Below, one piece after another: positions 56,471-64,000 of a DNA stretch of 64,000 nt (positions within the stretch are counted from its first letter, which is position 1; the number at the start of each line of letters is the position of its first letter). The stretch is from assembly GCA_002437245.1 (NCBI GenBank), contig DJOQ01000010.1, positions 6,419 through 70,418 of the forward strand, read 5' to 3'. A program made the position numbers and the translations under genes. This stretch comes from Ruminococcaceae bacterium UBA6434 (GTDB lineage Bacteria; Bacillota; Clostridia; Oscillospirales; Acutalibacteraceae). Under the pieces are notes generated by a model that was given only the letters and a program-made list of their open reading frames with translations, searched no databases and was not told where the DNA came from.

Positions 56471-56499
56471 TTGCAAAAGCGCTCGCAAAATGTTAAAAT
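56471..56499 (+). promoter_or_regulatory. SigA-type promoter of mltG
   Basis: TTGCAA, 17 nt, then TAAAAT. Confidence 0.5.
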
Positions 56500-56536
56500 G
56501 TATTGTATATACTCAAGTAAAAAAGGAATTACATAT

Positions 56537-57418
56537 ATGAATAAATCATCGGCAAAAAAAGTTATATCGGTTATTATGTGTCTCGCGCTTGCATTACTGC
56601 TCGGGGCGTGCCAAAAAAAGACCGATAACGGCACAACCGCAACATACGACCCGGACGCGCCCACTACGCAAAAATCCGGCAATAAAGAGAGCACTTCCGA
56701 CAGCAATACCGCCACCGTAACGATTCCCGAGGGATATACGCTCGTTAAAATCTCATGGCTTATGGAGGAGAACGGAGTTTGCTCTTCTGCGGACTTTATA
56801 TCCGCGGCACAAAGCTATGACCTTTCTAAATACGGAATTCTCACAGACGTCAAAAATGCACAAAACGTCTGCTTCCCGCTTGAGGGCTATCTTTTCCCTG
56901 CCACATATACATTCAAGAAAAACAGCGACCCGACGGCGGTAATAGACAAGCTCGTCGAGACGTTTCAGTCACGTTTTACCGATGACATGAAAGCGAAAGC
57001 GGCATCTATGGGAAAGAGCGTTCACGAGGTTCTCACGGTAGCCTCCATAATCGAAAAAGAGGCGTACACTCCGGAGCAGAGAACTCTCATTTCCTCGGTT
57101 TTATACAATCGACTTAATGCAAAAATGAAGCTGCAATGCGACGTAACGGTCAAATACTGCACCGGCGTTATTGAGCTTCAATATCCCGACAAAATAGATG
57201 AATACAAATATTATTACAACACATACCGCTGCCAGGGTCTTCCGGCAGGGCCTATCTGCAACCCGGGCATAGAGTCAATTAACGCCGCTCTGCAGCCCGA
57301 CAACACAGATTATCTTTACTTTGTAATAAACACCGAACCGCCCTATGATTCGGCGTTCTCCGCGACATATGAAGAACATATTGAGAACTGCACCAGAATG
57401 GGCTACACGGCAAAATAA
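56537..57418 (+). CDS. mltG: Endolytic murein transglycosylase MltG (YceG-like), lipoprotein-type signal
   Basis: Lipobox LLLGAC, YceG motifs LEGYLFPATY and ASIIEKEA, and Q..GLP.GPI.NPG. Confidence 0.9.
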   Translation: MNKSSAKKVISVIMCLALALLLGACQKKTDNGTTATYDPDAPTTQKSGNKESTSDSNTATVTIPEGYTLVKISWLMEENGVCSSADFISAAQSYDLSKYGILTDVKNAQNVCFPLEGYLFPATYTFKKNSDPTAVIDKLVETFQSRFTDDMKAKAASMGKSVHEVLTVASIIEKEAYTPEQRTLISSVLYNRLNAKMKLQCDVTVKYCTGVIELQYPDKIDEYKYYYNTYRCQGLPAGPICNPGIESINAALQPDNTDYLYFVINTEPPYDSAFSATYEEHIENCTRMGYTAK

Positions 57419-57443
57419 TACACCCACGAACAGGAGATATCAG

Positions 57444-58061
57444 ATGAATATAGAAATAGCCGACAGACTCGTTAAGCTTCGTAAAGAGCATAATCTCTCG
57501 CAGGAAGCTCTCGCCTCAAAACTCGGGCTAAGCCGCCAAGCCGTTTCAAAATGGGAACGCGCCGAGGCGTCGCCCGACACGGATAATTTGGTGGCTCTCG
57601 CAGAGCTTTACGGCGTACCGCTTGATGAAATTCTCAACGGTCCCAAGGAGCAGGAGGAAAATCCGCCGAAAGCCGAGCCGACAAGTAAAGAGATTAAAGA
57701 AATGAAGCTTGCCGATATGTCAAAAAGACAAAAGGCAGGCCGCAAAATGGTCAAATTTCCGTTTCCGATTTTGATTGCCGCAGTATATCTGCTTCTCGGG
57801 TTTATAAACGGCAACTGGCATCCGGGCTGGATAATACTGCTGTTTATACCTATTTACTACTGCGTCGGCGGCGCTCTTTGCTGCCGTACAAAAAAGGCTA
57901 TGCTCCTCACCATGCCCATACATCTTGTATTGGTCGCAGTTTACCTGCTTTTCGGATTCACAAAAGGAATGTGGCATCCGCAATGGCTTATTTTCCTTAT
58001 AATTCCGCTGTATTATTGGATTATCAGCGTATTTTATAAAGATAAGAAAAACAATTCATAA
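57444..58061 (+). CDS. Membrane-anchored XRE-family HTH regulator with an internally duplicated 2-TM module
   Basis: N-terminal LRKEHNLSQEALASKLGLSRQAVSKWE HTH. The C-terminus has two homologous blocks (FPILIAAVYLLLGFINGNWHPGWIILLFIPIYY / IHLVLVAVYLLFGFTKGMWHPQWLIFLIIPLYY). AGGAGA RBS. Confidence 0.8.
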   Translation: MNIEIADRLVKLRKEHNLSQEALASKLGLSRQAVSKWERAEASPDTDNLVALAELYGVPLDEILNGPKEQEENPPKAEPTSKEIKEMKLADMSKRQKAGRKMVKFPFPILIAAVYLLLGFINGNWHPGWIILLFIPIYYCVGGALCCRTKKAMLLTMPIHLVLVAVYLLFGFTKGMWHPQWLIFLIIPLYYWIISVFYKDKKNNS

Positions 58062-58080
58062 TTCACGGGAGGCAAAAAAA

Positions 58081-59178
58081 GTGAATTTTAAATGCGGGAA
58101 AAAGAAAAGTGCAATTATAATTATCATAGGTATTGTGACGGTTGCGATATGTATAACCGTTGCCGTTATCATCTCAAGGGCAAAGAAAAAATCGGAAGCG
58201 ACGCAATTCATACCCGAAACCGCGACATATTCGGAAAATTCCGAAGAGACCCTCTCGGAGGAAGAAACGGTATCCGAAACGGCATCGGAAACGGCACCGA
58301 TTATAAAGCCCGTCGGTACAACCGCTCCGGTAGAACGCGCTGCTCCGGCAATACCAAAAAAAATAACTCCGCAAAAGCCGAATATTACCCCTACAAAGCT
58401 TTTGAACGTGCCGTTTATCGACCAGCGAAAGAAATATCCCACCGGCTGTGAAAGCGTTTCCGCGGTCATGGCGCTTCAATACCTCGGCATATCAATTTCG
58501 CCCGAAACCTTTATCGACAATTATCTCGACAAAGGACGCACACCGTACAGAGACGAAAACGGAAATCTGTTCGGCGATGACCCGCGTAAAGTCTTTCTCG
58601 GCGACCCTTACAGCAAAAACGGATGGGGCTGTTGGGCACCCGTAATAGAAAATGCCGTTAATAAGTTTATCGGCAGTAACTATACTGTAAAAGCCGTTTA
58701 CGGCAGCTCCGTTGACGACCTTTGTAAAAAATATATAGACAATGACATTCCGGTGCTTATATGGGCTACGCAAAATATGGCTCCCGCAAGAAGATATAAG
58801 ACATGGTATATTACAGGCACATCGGAACAATTCACCTGGATAACCCCTATGCATTGTCTGCTTCTTGTAGGCTATGATGACAGCGGTTACTATTTTAATG
58901 ATCCGTTACAGAGCAAAAATACACGTTATGCAAAAGATAAGGTAATCTCAGCCTATAATATGTTAAACCGTCAGGCAGTGGTAATAGCGCCGAAATCAAA
59001 GGTAGAAGAGACAACCGTCGCTCCGACGACCGCACCGAATACAACGACCGAGCCGACTACAAAGCCGAATACAACAACTGAGCCGACTACAAAAGCTACC
59101 GAGCCTGAAACTTCGGAAAAGACAACGCACACCGAAGGTTCAGCCGCAGACAACATAAAGCAGGCTTCCGATATATAA
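58081..59178 (+). CDS. Membrane-anchored C39-like (YvpB/BtrH-type) cysteine peptidase domain protein with a Thr/Pro-rich tail
   Basis: N-terminal TM. LNVPFIDQRKKYPTGCESVSAVMALQYLG (putative catalytic Cys)...HCLLLVGYDD (His). GTG start after GGGAGG. Confidence 0.7.
   Translation: MNFKCGKKKSAIIIIIGIVTVAICITVAVIISRAKKKSEATQFIPETATYSENSEETLSEEETVSETASETAPIIKPVGTTAPVERAAPAIPKKITPQKPNITPTKLLNVPFIDQRKKYPTGCESVSAVMALQYLGISISPETFIDNYLDKGRTPYRDENGNLFGDDPRKVFLGDPYSKNGWGCWAPVIENAVNKFIGSNYTVKAVYGSSVDDLCKKYIDNDIPVLIWATQNMAPARRYKTWYITGTSEQFTWITPMHCLLLVGYDDSGYYFNDPLQSKNTRYAKDKVISAYNMLNRQAVVIAPKSKVEETTVAPTTAPNTTTEPTTKPNTTTEPTTKATEPETSEKTTHTEGSAADNIKQASDI
59035..59094 (+). repeat. Two tandem 30-nt units encoding PNTTTEPTTK
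   Basis: 59035..59064 and 59065..59094 differ at three positions. Confidence 0.85.
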
Positions 59179-59244
59179 AAAGACGGTTGACATCGAGTCT
59201 TGCCGCAAGGGTTTCCTTTTCGCCACAGCAACAACTAAAAAAGC

Positions 59245-59285
59245 AAAAAATAAAGCGAGATGTATTTCTGCATCTCGCTTTTATG
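59245..59285. terminator. Bidirectional terminator between convergent genes
   Basis: AAGCGAGATG...CATCTCGCTT stem flanked by A- and T-runs. Confidence 0.65.
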
Positions 59286-59301
59286 TATTTTATCCGTTTG
59301 C

Positions 59302-60525
59302 TTATTCGGCTGCTTTATCCTCTTTGATCATAAGTCTCTTAACTATCTGAGTCATTCTGTCCTCATCAAAGATAACGGGAACGGGATAGAGCGGATTAGC
59401 CTCTTTAAGAGCTCTTGAAACGATAGTCGGAATATCCTCTTCCTTAATCTGGGTAAAGCCCTTCGGGATATTCATTCTCTCGTTCATAGCGTAAATTTCG
59501 GCAATGAACTTCTTAGCCTTATCTTCATCGGTTGTGCCCTCAATGCGCGCAAAGTTGGCAAGCTTTGAAAGCTGCGGATAAATAGCCGCACCGTATTCTT
59601 CAAGCATAACCGGAAGAATTATCGCGTTTGCAAGACCGTGCGGAATACCGTACATACCGCCGAGGTTGTGAGCCACGGCGTGAACATAACCGACATAAGC
59701 TCTTGTGAATGCCATACCGCCGTAGAATGAACCGAGGAGCATCTGACCTCTTGCGTTTATGTTTTTACCGTCTTTATAAGCGGTCTCAAGGTTTGCAAAT
59801 ATAATTGCAACCGCCTTTTCGGCATAATCGCGTGTGGACTTTGTATTGCTCTTGCCTATGTAAGCTTCAACCGCGTGAGTGAGAGCGTCCATACCTGTTG
59901 TTGAAGTGATGTGCGGAGGAAGACCTACGGTAAGCTCGGGGTCAAGTACCGCAAACTTCGGACGAAGGCACGGGTCGTTTATAGCGTATTTCTCATGGGT
60001 CTGAGTATTTGTAACAACAGCCGCAAGGGTAGTCTCCGAGCCTGTTCCCGCTGTTGTGGGGACCGCAAAGAACGGAGGAAGCTTATGCATAACCTTGAGC
60101 TGACCGCGCATCTGAGGAATGGTCTTGTTGGGTCTTACCACTCTGGCGCACGCAGCCTTAGCGCAATCCATGGGCGAACCGCCGCCGAAAGCTATCATGG
60201 CCTGGCAACCGTTGGCAACAAACTGAGCGCGTGCCTCTTCGATATTTTCGATTGAGGGGTTCGGCTGAACACCGTCATATACGGTATACGAAATGCCGTC
60301 CTCTTCAAGCTGTTTGAAAAGTCCGTCAAGAAGATGAAGACTCATAAGACCTTTATCGGTGACGATCATAACATTGTTGATACCTTTTTCTTTAATAACG
60401 CCGGGAAGCTTTTTGATAGCTCCGGGTCCTGTAAGCAGCTGCGGTTCAGACCAGTCAAGGAACATCATAAAGATTTTCATGACCTTCTGAAAAGCACGGT
60501 AATAAGCTACCTTCATTGCCCACAT
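59302..60525 (-). CDS. Iron-containing alcohol dehydrogenase
   Basis: GGGSPMDCAKA and a His-rich metal site (HAVAHNLGG...HG); ~400 aa. Confidence 0.9.
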   Translation of the reverse strand: MWAMKVAYYRAFQKVMKIFMMFLDWSEPQLLTGPGAIKKLPGVIKEKGINNVMIVTDKGLMSLHLLDGLFKQLEEDGISYTVYDGVQPNPSIENIEEARAQFVANGCQAMIAFGGGSPMDCAKAACARVVRPNKTIPQMRGQLKVMHKLPPFFAVPTTAGTGSETTLAAVVTNTQTHEKYAINDPCLRPKFAVLDPELTVGLPPHITSTTGMDALTHAVEAYIGKSNTKSTRDYAEKAVAIIFANLETAYKDGKNINARGQMLLGSFYGGMAFTRAYVGYVHAVAHNLGGMYGIPHGLANAIILPVMLEEYGAAIYPQLSKLANFARIEGTTDEDKAKKFIAEIYAMNERMNIPKGFTQIKEEDIPTIVSRALKEANPLYPVPVIFDEDRMTQIVKRLMIKEDKAAE

Positions 60526-60586
60526 AGATAAACACCATCCCTTTTTGTAAATTATAAATTGAATTTATAGTTTCATTTTACCTTTT

Positions 60587-61477
60587 TTAAGCATTTTTTG
60601 CAATAGTATTTTGAAATATTTTCACGGCGCTCTCGCTGTCGGACTTTATTTGGGCGGAAAGCTCCGAAAGACTGTCAAACTTTTTTTCTCCGCGCAGGAA
60701 TTTGAGCAGCCGTACCTCGGTGTTGCTTCCGTACAGATCTCCCGAAAAACCGAGTATGCTGGTCTCGCTGCGAACCGTGGAAGTGCCTATTGTGGGGCGC
60801 AGTCCGAAATCCGTAACTGCCGGATAATCTCTGCCGCCGATATTTACGTATGAAGCATAGACCCCGTATAACGGCTCAATAAAATTTTCGGGAAAGAACT
60901 GATTTATTGTCGGAAATCCCAAAAGGTGACCGCGCCTGTCACCTGCCGTGACAGTAAAATCATATGAGAACGGTCTGCCGAGCATCTCAGCCGCCGCTTG
61001 CATATCGCCGCTTTTTATTGCCGCTCTTATGCGCGTTGAACTGATTTCGCTGCCGCCGAATTTAACCATGGGCGATACATAAAGCTCTATACCGTATTTT
61101 CGGCACAAGAGGCGCAGCGTATCAATGTTTCCCGAACCGTTTTCCCCGAAAGTATAATTTTCACCGCAGGATACCGCGCCTGCCGAAAACCTTTTGACGA
61201 GAATATCCCTGACAAAGCTTTCGGGCGACAAGTGCATTATCTCCGAGAAATCAATATTGAGAGCGCCGACGTTCATTTCGTCGAGCAATTTTTTGCGTAT
61301 GCTTTTTGTGAGTATTTCGGGCGGCGCCTGCCCCTTTATGCACAATAGCGGATGGTCGGAAAACAGCAGCACATACGGCATATATCCGCTCTTTTTTGAA
61401 AGCTCTATAACGCTTTGATGCCCCAAATGGAACCCGTCGAATGTTCCGAGAGCTATGGATTTTTTACACTCATTCAC
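60587..61477 (-). CDS. ribF: Bifunctional riboflavin kinase / FMN adenylyltransferase
   Basis: ALGTFDGFHLGHQ plus a C-terminal riboflavin kinase (GFPTIN...). It lies downstream of truB. Confidence 0.93.
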   Translation of the reverse strand: MNECKKSIALGTFDGFHLGHQSVIELSKKSGYMPYVLLFSDHPLLCIKGQAPPEILTKSIRKKLLDEMNVGALNIDFSEIMHLSPESFVRDILVKRFSAGAVSCGENYTFGENGSGNIDTLRLLCRKYGIELYVSPMVKFGGSEISSTRIRAAIKSGDMQAAAEMLGRPFSYDFTVTAGDRRGHLLGFPTINQFFPENFIEPLYGVYASYVNIGGRDYPAVTDFGLRPTIGTSTVRSETSILGFSGDLYGSNTEVRLLKFLRGEKKFDSLSELSAQIKSDSESAVKIFQNTIAKNA

Positions 61478-62360
61478 CTTGAAACACCCTCTTTACCGTG
61501 AGACATCCGGTTTCGGTATTTTTTTCTCCTATTCCGAGAAATTCGTCTTCGGGCGAAAAGACTCTGAAAAATCCCTCGCCCGTCGGATTTCCTATGCGGT
61601 CGAGAAACAGCCCTCCGCCGTTTTTAAACCTCACCGCCTGCGCCGAAGTTACGCGCACCGATTTATACTGCGATAAAACCTCCGAAACCGGCATAACGTA
61701 ATTGCCGAGTTCGCCGTTTTCGCATATTTCACGCAGTTTCTCTATCGTAACGCAGTCGTCCGTCGAAAACCCGTTTGCCCTCGTTCTGCGAAGCGACTTG
61801 AGAACCGCGCCGCAGCCGAGCTTTTTGCCGATGTCGTCGGCAAGGCTTCTTATATATGTTCCCGCAGAGCACGTTACGTCGAGAGAAAACTCATTACCCG
61901 AAAAATCATATGCACGAATTTCGCTTATATTTATTTTACGCTTTTCGCGTTCTACTTCTTTGCCCTGCCTTGCAAGGTCATACAGACGAACTCCGCCCTT
62001 GCTTACGGCAGAGTACATGGGCGGAGTCTGAAGCTGCTCGCCGTAAAATGAAAGCACGGCTTTCTCCGTTTCCTGCGGCGTGACATTTACCGAAAATTCG
62101 CCTGTTACCGTGCCGGTAATATCAAGCGTATCGGTAGTGACGCCGAGCAAGACCTTTGCGGTGTAGCTTTTTTCGTGATCGGGTATAAGCTCTATAAAGC
62201 GCGTCGCCCCCGAGAGGGCAACAGTTAACACGCCCGTCGCCATAGGGTCGAGCGTGCCTGTGTGCCCGGATTTTTTGGAGCCGGTTATTCTCTTCACCAA
62301 ATTTGCCGCCGTAAACGACGTCATATTTTCAGGCTTGTCAATGCAGATAAATCCCGTCAT
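61470..62360 (-). CDS. truB: tRNA pseudouridine(55) synthase
   Basis: GFICIDKPENMTSF...GHTGTLDPMATGVL. Confidence 0.95.
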   Translation of the reverse strand: MTGFICIDKPENMTSFTAANLVKRITGSKKSGHTGTLDPMATGVLTVALSGATRFIELIPDHEKSYTAKVLLGVTTDTLDITGTVTGEFSVNVTPQETEKAVLSFYGEQLQTPPMYSAVSKGGVRLYDLARQGKEVEREKRKINISEIRAYDFSGNEFSLDVTCSAGTYIRSLADDIGKKLGCGAVLKSLRRTRANGFSTDDCVTIEKLREICENGELGNYVMPVSEVLSQYKSVRVTSAQAVRFKNGGGLFLDRIGNPTGEGFFRVFSPEDEFLGIGEKNTETGCLTVKRVFQGE

Positions 62361-63331
62361 GCGTTTTCAAGCTCCGTTTTGATTATTTCAAGAAGCTGTT
62401 TTTTGCCGTCGGCGTAATCGGCGGCAAAATCGCAGCCTGCCGCACGGGCATGACCGCCGCCGCCCATTTTGGCGCAAATAGCCGAGGCGTCCACGGGGGC
62501 ATAGGTTCTGAGCGACACCTTAAACGTGCCGTCAGCCCGTTCTCTCAGCGTAACACCGACCTTAACGCCCTCGATTTTGCGCGGAAGAGAAGCTATGCCG
62601 TCACATTCGGTCTCATTTGAACCGCTCTGCTTAAACATATCCTTGGTGATTGTGATAACGGCGCATTTTCCGCCGAAATACATTTCTATCGAATTTAAAA
62701 CGAGCTCCTCAAGTCTTAAATAAGTCCTTGTTTTTGTCTCAAACATAACACGGTTTATCTCGTCAAACCGCGCCCCGAGTGATATAAGCTCCGCCGCCTT
62801 AATGTGCGTTTCGGGCGTCACGTTGGAGTATCTGAAACAGCCTGTGTCCGTTGAAATTCCCGTATACAGGCAATCCGCCGTGCAAGCGTCCGGTTTTACA
62901 CCGAGGCACTTTATTATGTCGTAAACTATCTCGCACGCCGCCGCGCTGTCTTTAAGGCAAAGCTTTTTCGCATATCCCGTATTTGAAATATGATGGTCTA
63001 TGCACAGCGGTATTTCGGGGAATTTTTCCATAAGGCGCGCCCCGAGAAGCTTTGAATCGGCAACATCTACCGCCACTACAAAATCGGGAGTAAACTCCAT
63101 ACTCTTTTGCGGATTGTAATTTTCTTCCGATGAGCCCCACATATATGAATATTTTTTCGGTATATCGTCGGAGCAATCGACCAAAACCGTTTTGCCCATC
63201 CCAGAGAGAACGCGTCGGAGCGCAAAAGCGCACCCGAGCGTGTCGCCGTCGGGACTGCGGTGTGTAAGAATCAGAATATTGTCTTTATTTTTGAGAATTT
63301 CTGCCGCTTCGGCCTCATTTATCCTCTTCAT
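62357..63331 (-). CDS. nrnA: DHH/DHHA1 phosphoesterase (NrnA-type nanoRNase/pAp phosphatase)
   Basis: HRSPDGDTLG, CIDHHISN, GGGHARAAG. The start at 63331 overlaps the rbfA end. Confidence 0.85.
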   Translation of the reverse strand: MKRINEAEAAEILKNKDNILILTHRSPDGDTLGCAFALRRVLSGMGKTVLVDCSDDIPKKYSYMWGSSEENYNPQKSMEFTPDFVVAVDVADSKLLGARLMEKFPEIPLCIDHHISNTGYAKKLCLKDSAAACEIVYDIIKCLGVKPDACTADCLYTGISTDTGCFRYSNVTPETHIKAAELISLGARFDEINRVMFETKTRTYLRLEELVLNSIEMYFGGKCAVITITKDMFKQSGSNETECDGIASLPRKIEGVKVGVTLRERADGTFKVSLRTYAPVDASAICAKMGGGGHARAAGCDFAADYADGKKQLLEIIKTELENA

Positions 63332-63677
63332 CTTCTTTTTCCAGAGCCTCAATCTTTCTGAAAATTTCCATACCGTGCTCAACCGAATCGTCCGCCGTAA
63401 ATTTAAGCTCGGGAGCCTTTCTCAAATGAAGCCGTTTGCCGACTTCACGCCGTATAATCCCTGTTGCGCTCTCAAGACCCTTGACAGCCTGTTTTGCGTC
63501 GTCTATGCCCGAGAGCGAACTTATAAAAACCTTGGCGTAGCTCAAATCCTGACTTACCTCGACTCTTACCACGGTGAGCATTTTATCTTTTACGCGCGGA
63601 TCTTTGAGTTCGCGGATAAGCGCAACTATCTCGCGCTTAATATCCTCCGCGACTCTGTCTTTTCTGTATCCTGCCAT
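63315..63677 (-). CDS. rbfA: Ribosome-binding factor A
   Basis: RVAEDIKREI...DPRV...VTVVRVEVSQDLSYAKVF. Confidence 0.93.
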   Translation of the reverse strand: MAGYRKDRVAEDIKREIVALIRELKDPRVKDKMLTVVRVEVSQDLSYAKVFISSLSGIDDAKQAVKGLESATGIIRREVGKRLHLRKAPELKFTADDSVEHGMEIFRKIEALEKEDEEDK

Positions 63678-63704
63678 AACTAAATTCCTTTCATATAAAA
63701 GGGA

Positions 63705-64000
63705 TCAGTCCTTGTATTCCTCCATAACGAATGCCTCGAGGATATCTCCCTCTTTAATGTCGTTGAATTTCTCAAGACCTATTCCGCATTCATAGCCGGA
63801 CTGAACTTCTTTTACGTCGTCCTTAAAGCGCTTTAAGGATGCAATGCTGTCCTCCGAGACAACTATGCCGTCGCGGACAACACGAATCTGTGAATTTCTT
63901 GTGATTTTGCCGTCAAGAACGTAGCTGCCGGCTATCATACCGGCGGAGGAGAGCTTAAATACATTTCTTACCTCTGCCTTGCCGAGCGTTACTTCGCGGT
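63705..64000 (-). CDS. infB: Translation initiation factor IF-2, C-terminal end (runs off the window)
   Basis: [23 protein letters not shown]...[19 protein letters not shown] is the IF-2 C2 domain. The frame is open to nt 64000. Confidence 0.93.
   Translation of the reverse strand, partial: REVTLGKAEVRNVFKLSSAGMIAGSYVLDGKITRNSQIRVVRDGIVVSEDSIASLKRFKDDVKEVQSGYECGIGLEKFNDIKEGDILEAFVMEEYKD

Noticed and set aside
56352-56540. 62-aa ORF between the membrane-protein gene and mltG.
   Set aside because: The region is better explained by a terminator (56423..56460) followed by the mltG promoter (56471..56499). No RBS is present.
1-64000. CRISPR arrays, rRNA/tRNA genes, IS elements and transposases.
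   Set aside because: No spaced direct-repeat arrays, no cloverleaf-type or rRNA-like segments and no transposase-like ORFs are present. The longest non-coding gap is ~420 nt (8941..9363) and contains only divergent promoter-type sequence.

Overview
This is a dense, almost fully coding 64-kb chromosomal segment of a low/mid-GC Firmicute. It is most likely a Clostridia member of the Ruminococcaceae/Oscillospiraceae type, because one secreted protein carries a dockerin module. I found no rRNA, tRNA, CRISPR array, transposase or integrase.

Layout:
- 1..9.1 kb, minus strand: an LCP-led cell-wall glycan operon with glf, three GT2, one GT4 and a Wzy/O-antigen-ligase-like protein. A partial LysM gene lies at the left edge.
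- 9.3..14.4 kb: an AraC regulator, a FadD-like acyl-CoA ligase, a PlsC-like acyltransferase (the last two overlap inside a 15-nt tandem repeat) and an orphan P-loop ATPase.
- 14.4..17.7 kb: a self-contained five-gene phage late/lysis cassette (small sigma-region-4 regulator, fibre-like protein, GH25 endolysin, XhlA-like protein, holin) with no other phage genes nearby.
- 17.8..19.9 kb: a dockerin-bearing transglutaminase-like protein and nrdR.
- 20..37.5 kb, minus strand: a second, Wzx/Wzy-type glycan locus. It runs from a priming sugar transferase through an HpcH-type aldolase, a D-2-hydroxyacid dehydrogenase, a TviB/WbpO-type UDP-HexNAc dehydrogenase, a PP-loop AsnB-like protein, a TupA-like ATP-grasp ligase, several GT4, Wzy and Wzx, to the L-FucNAc genes (CapEFG/FnlABC-like).
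- 37.7..64 kb: housekeeping genes. These are a T-box-controlled cysE-cysS pair, pgsA, rimO, recX, recA, rpmB, ttcA, DUF975/apgM-like/metY, rlmD, murA, gltX-glnS, mltG, ribF-truB-nrnA-rbfA-infB.

The most interesting items are the orphan lysis/fibre cassette, the uronamide-type decoration module in the second glycan locus, and that locus's aldolase/dehydrogenase pair.

All calls rest on reading the translated ORFs and sequence motifs. No database search was run, and start codons are best guesses.
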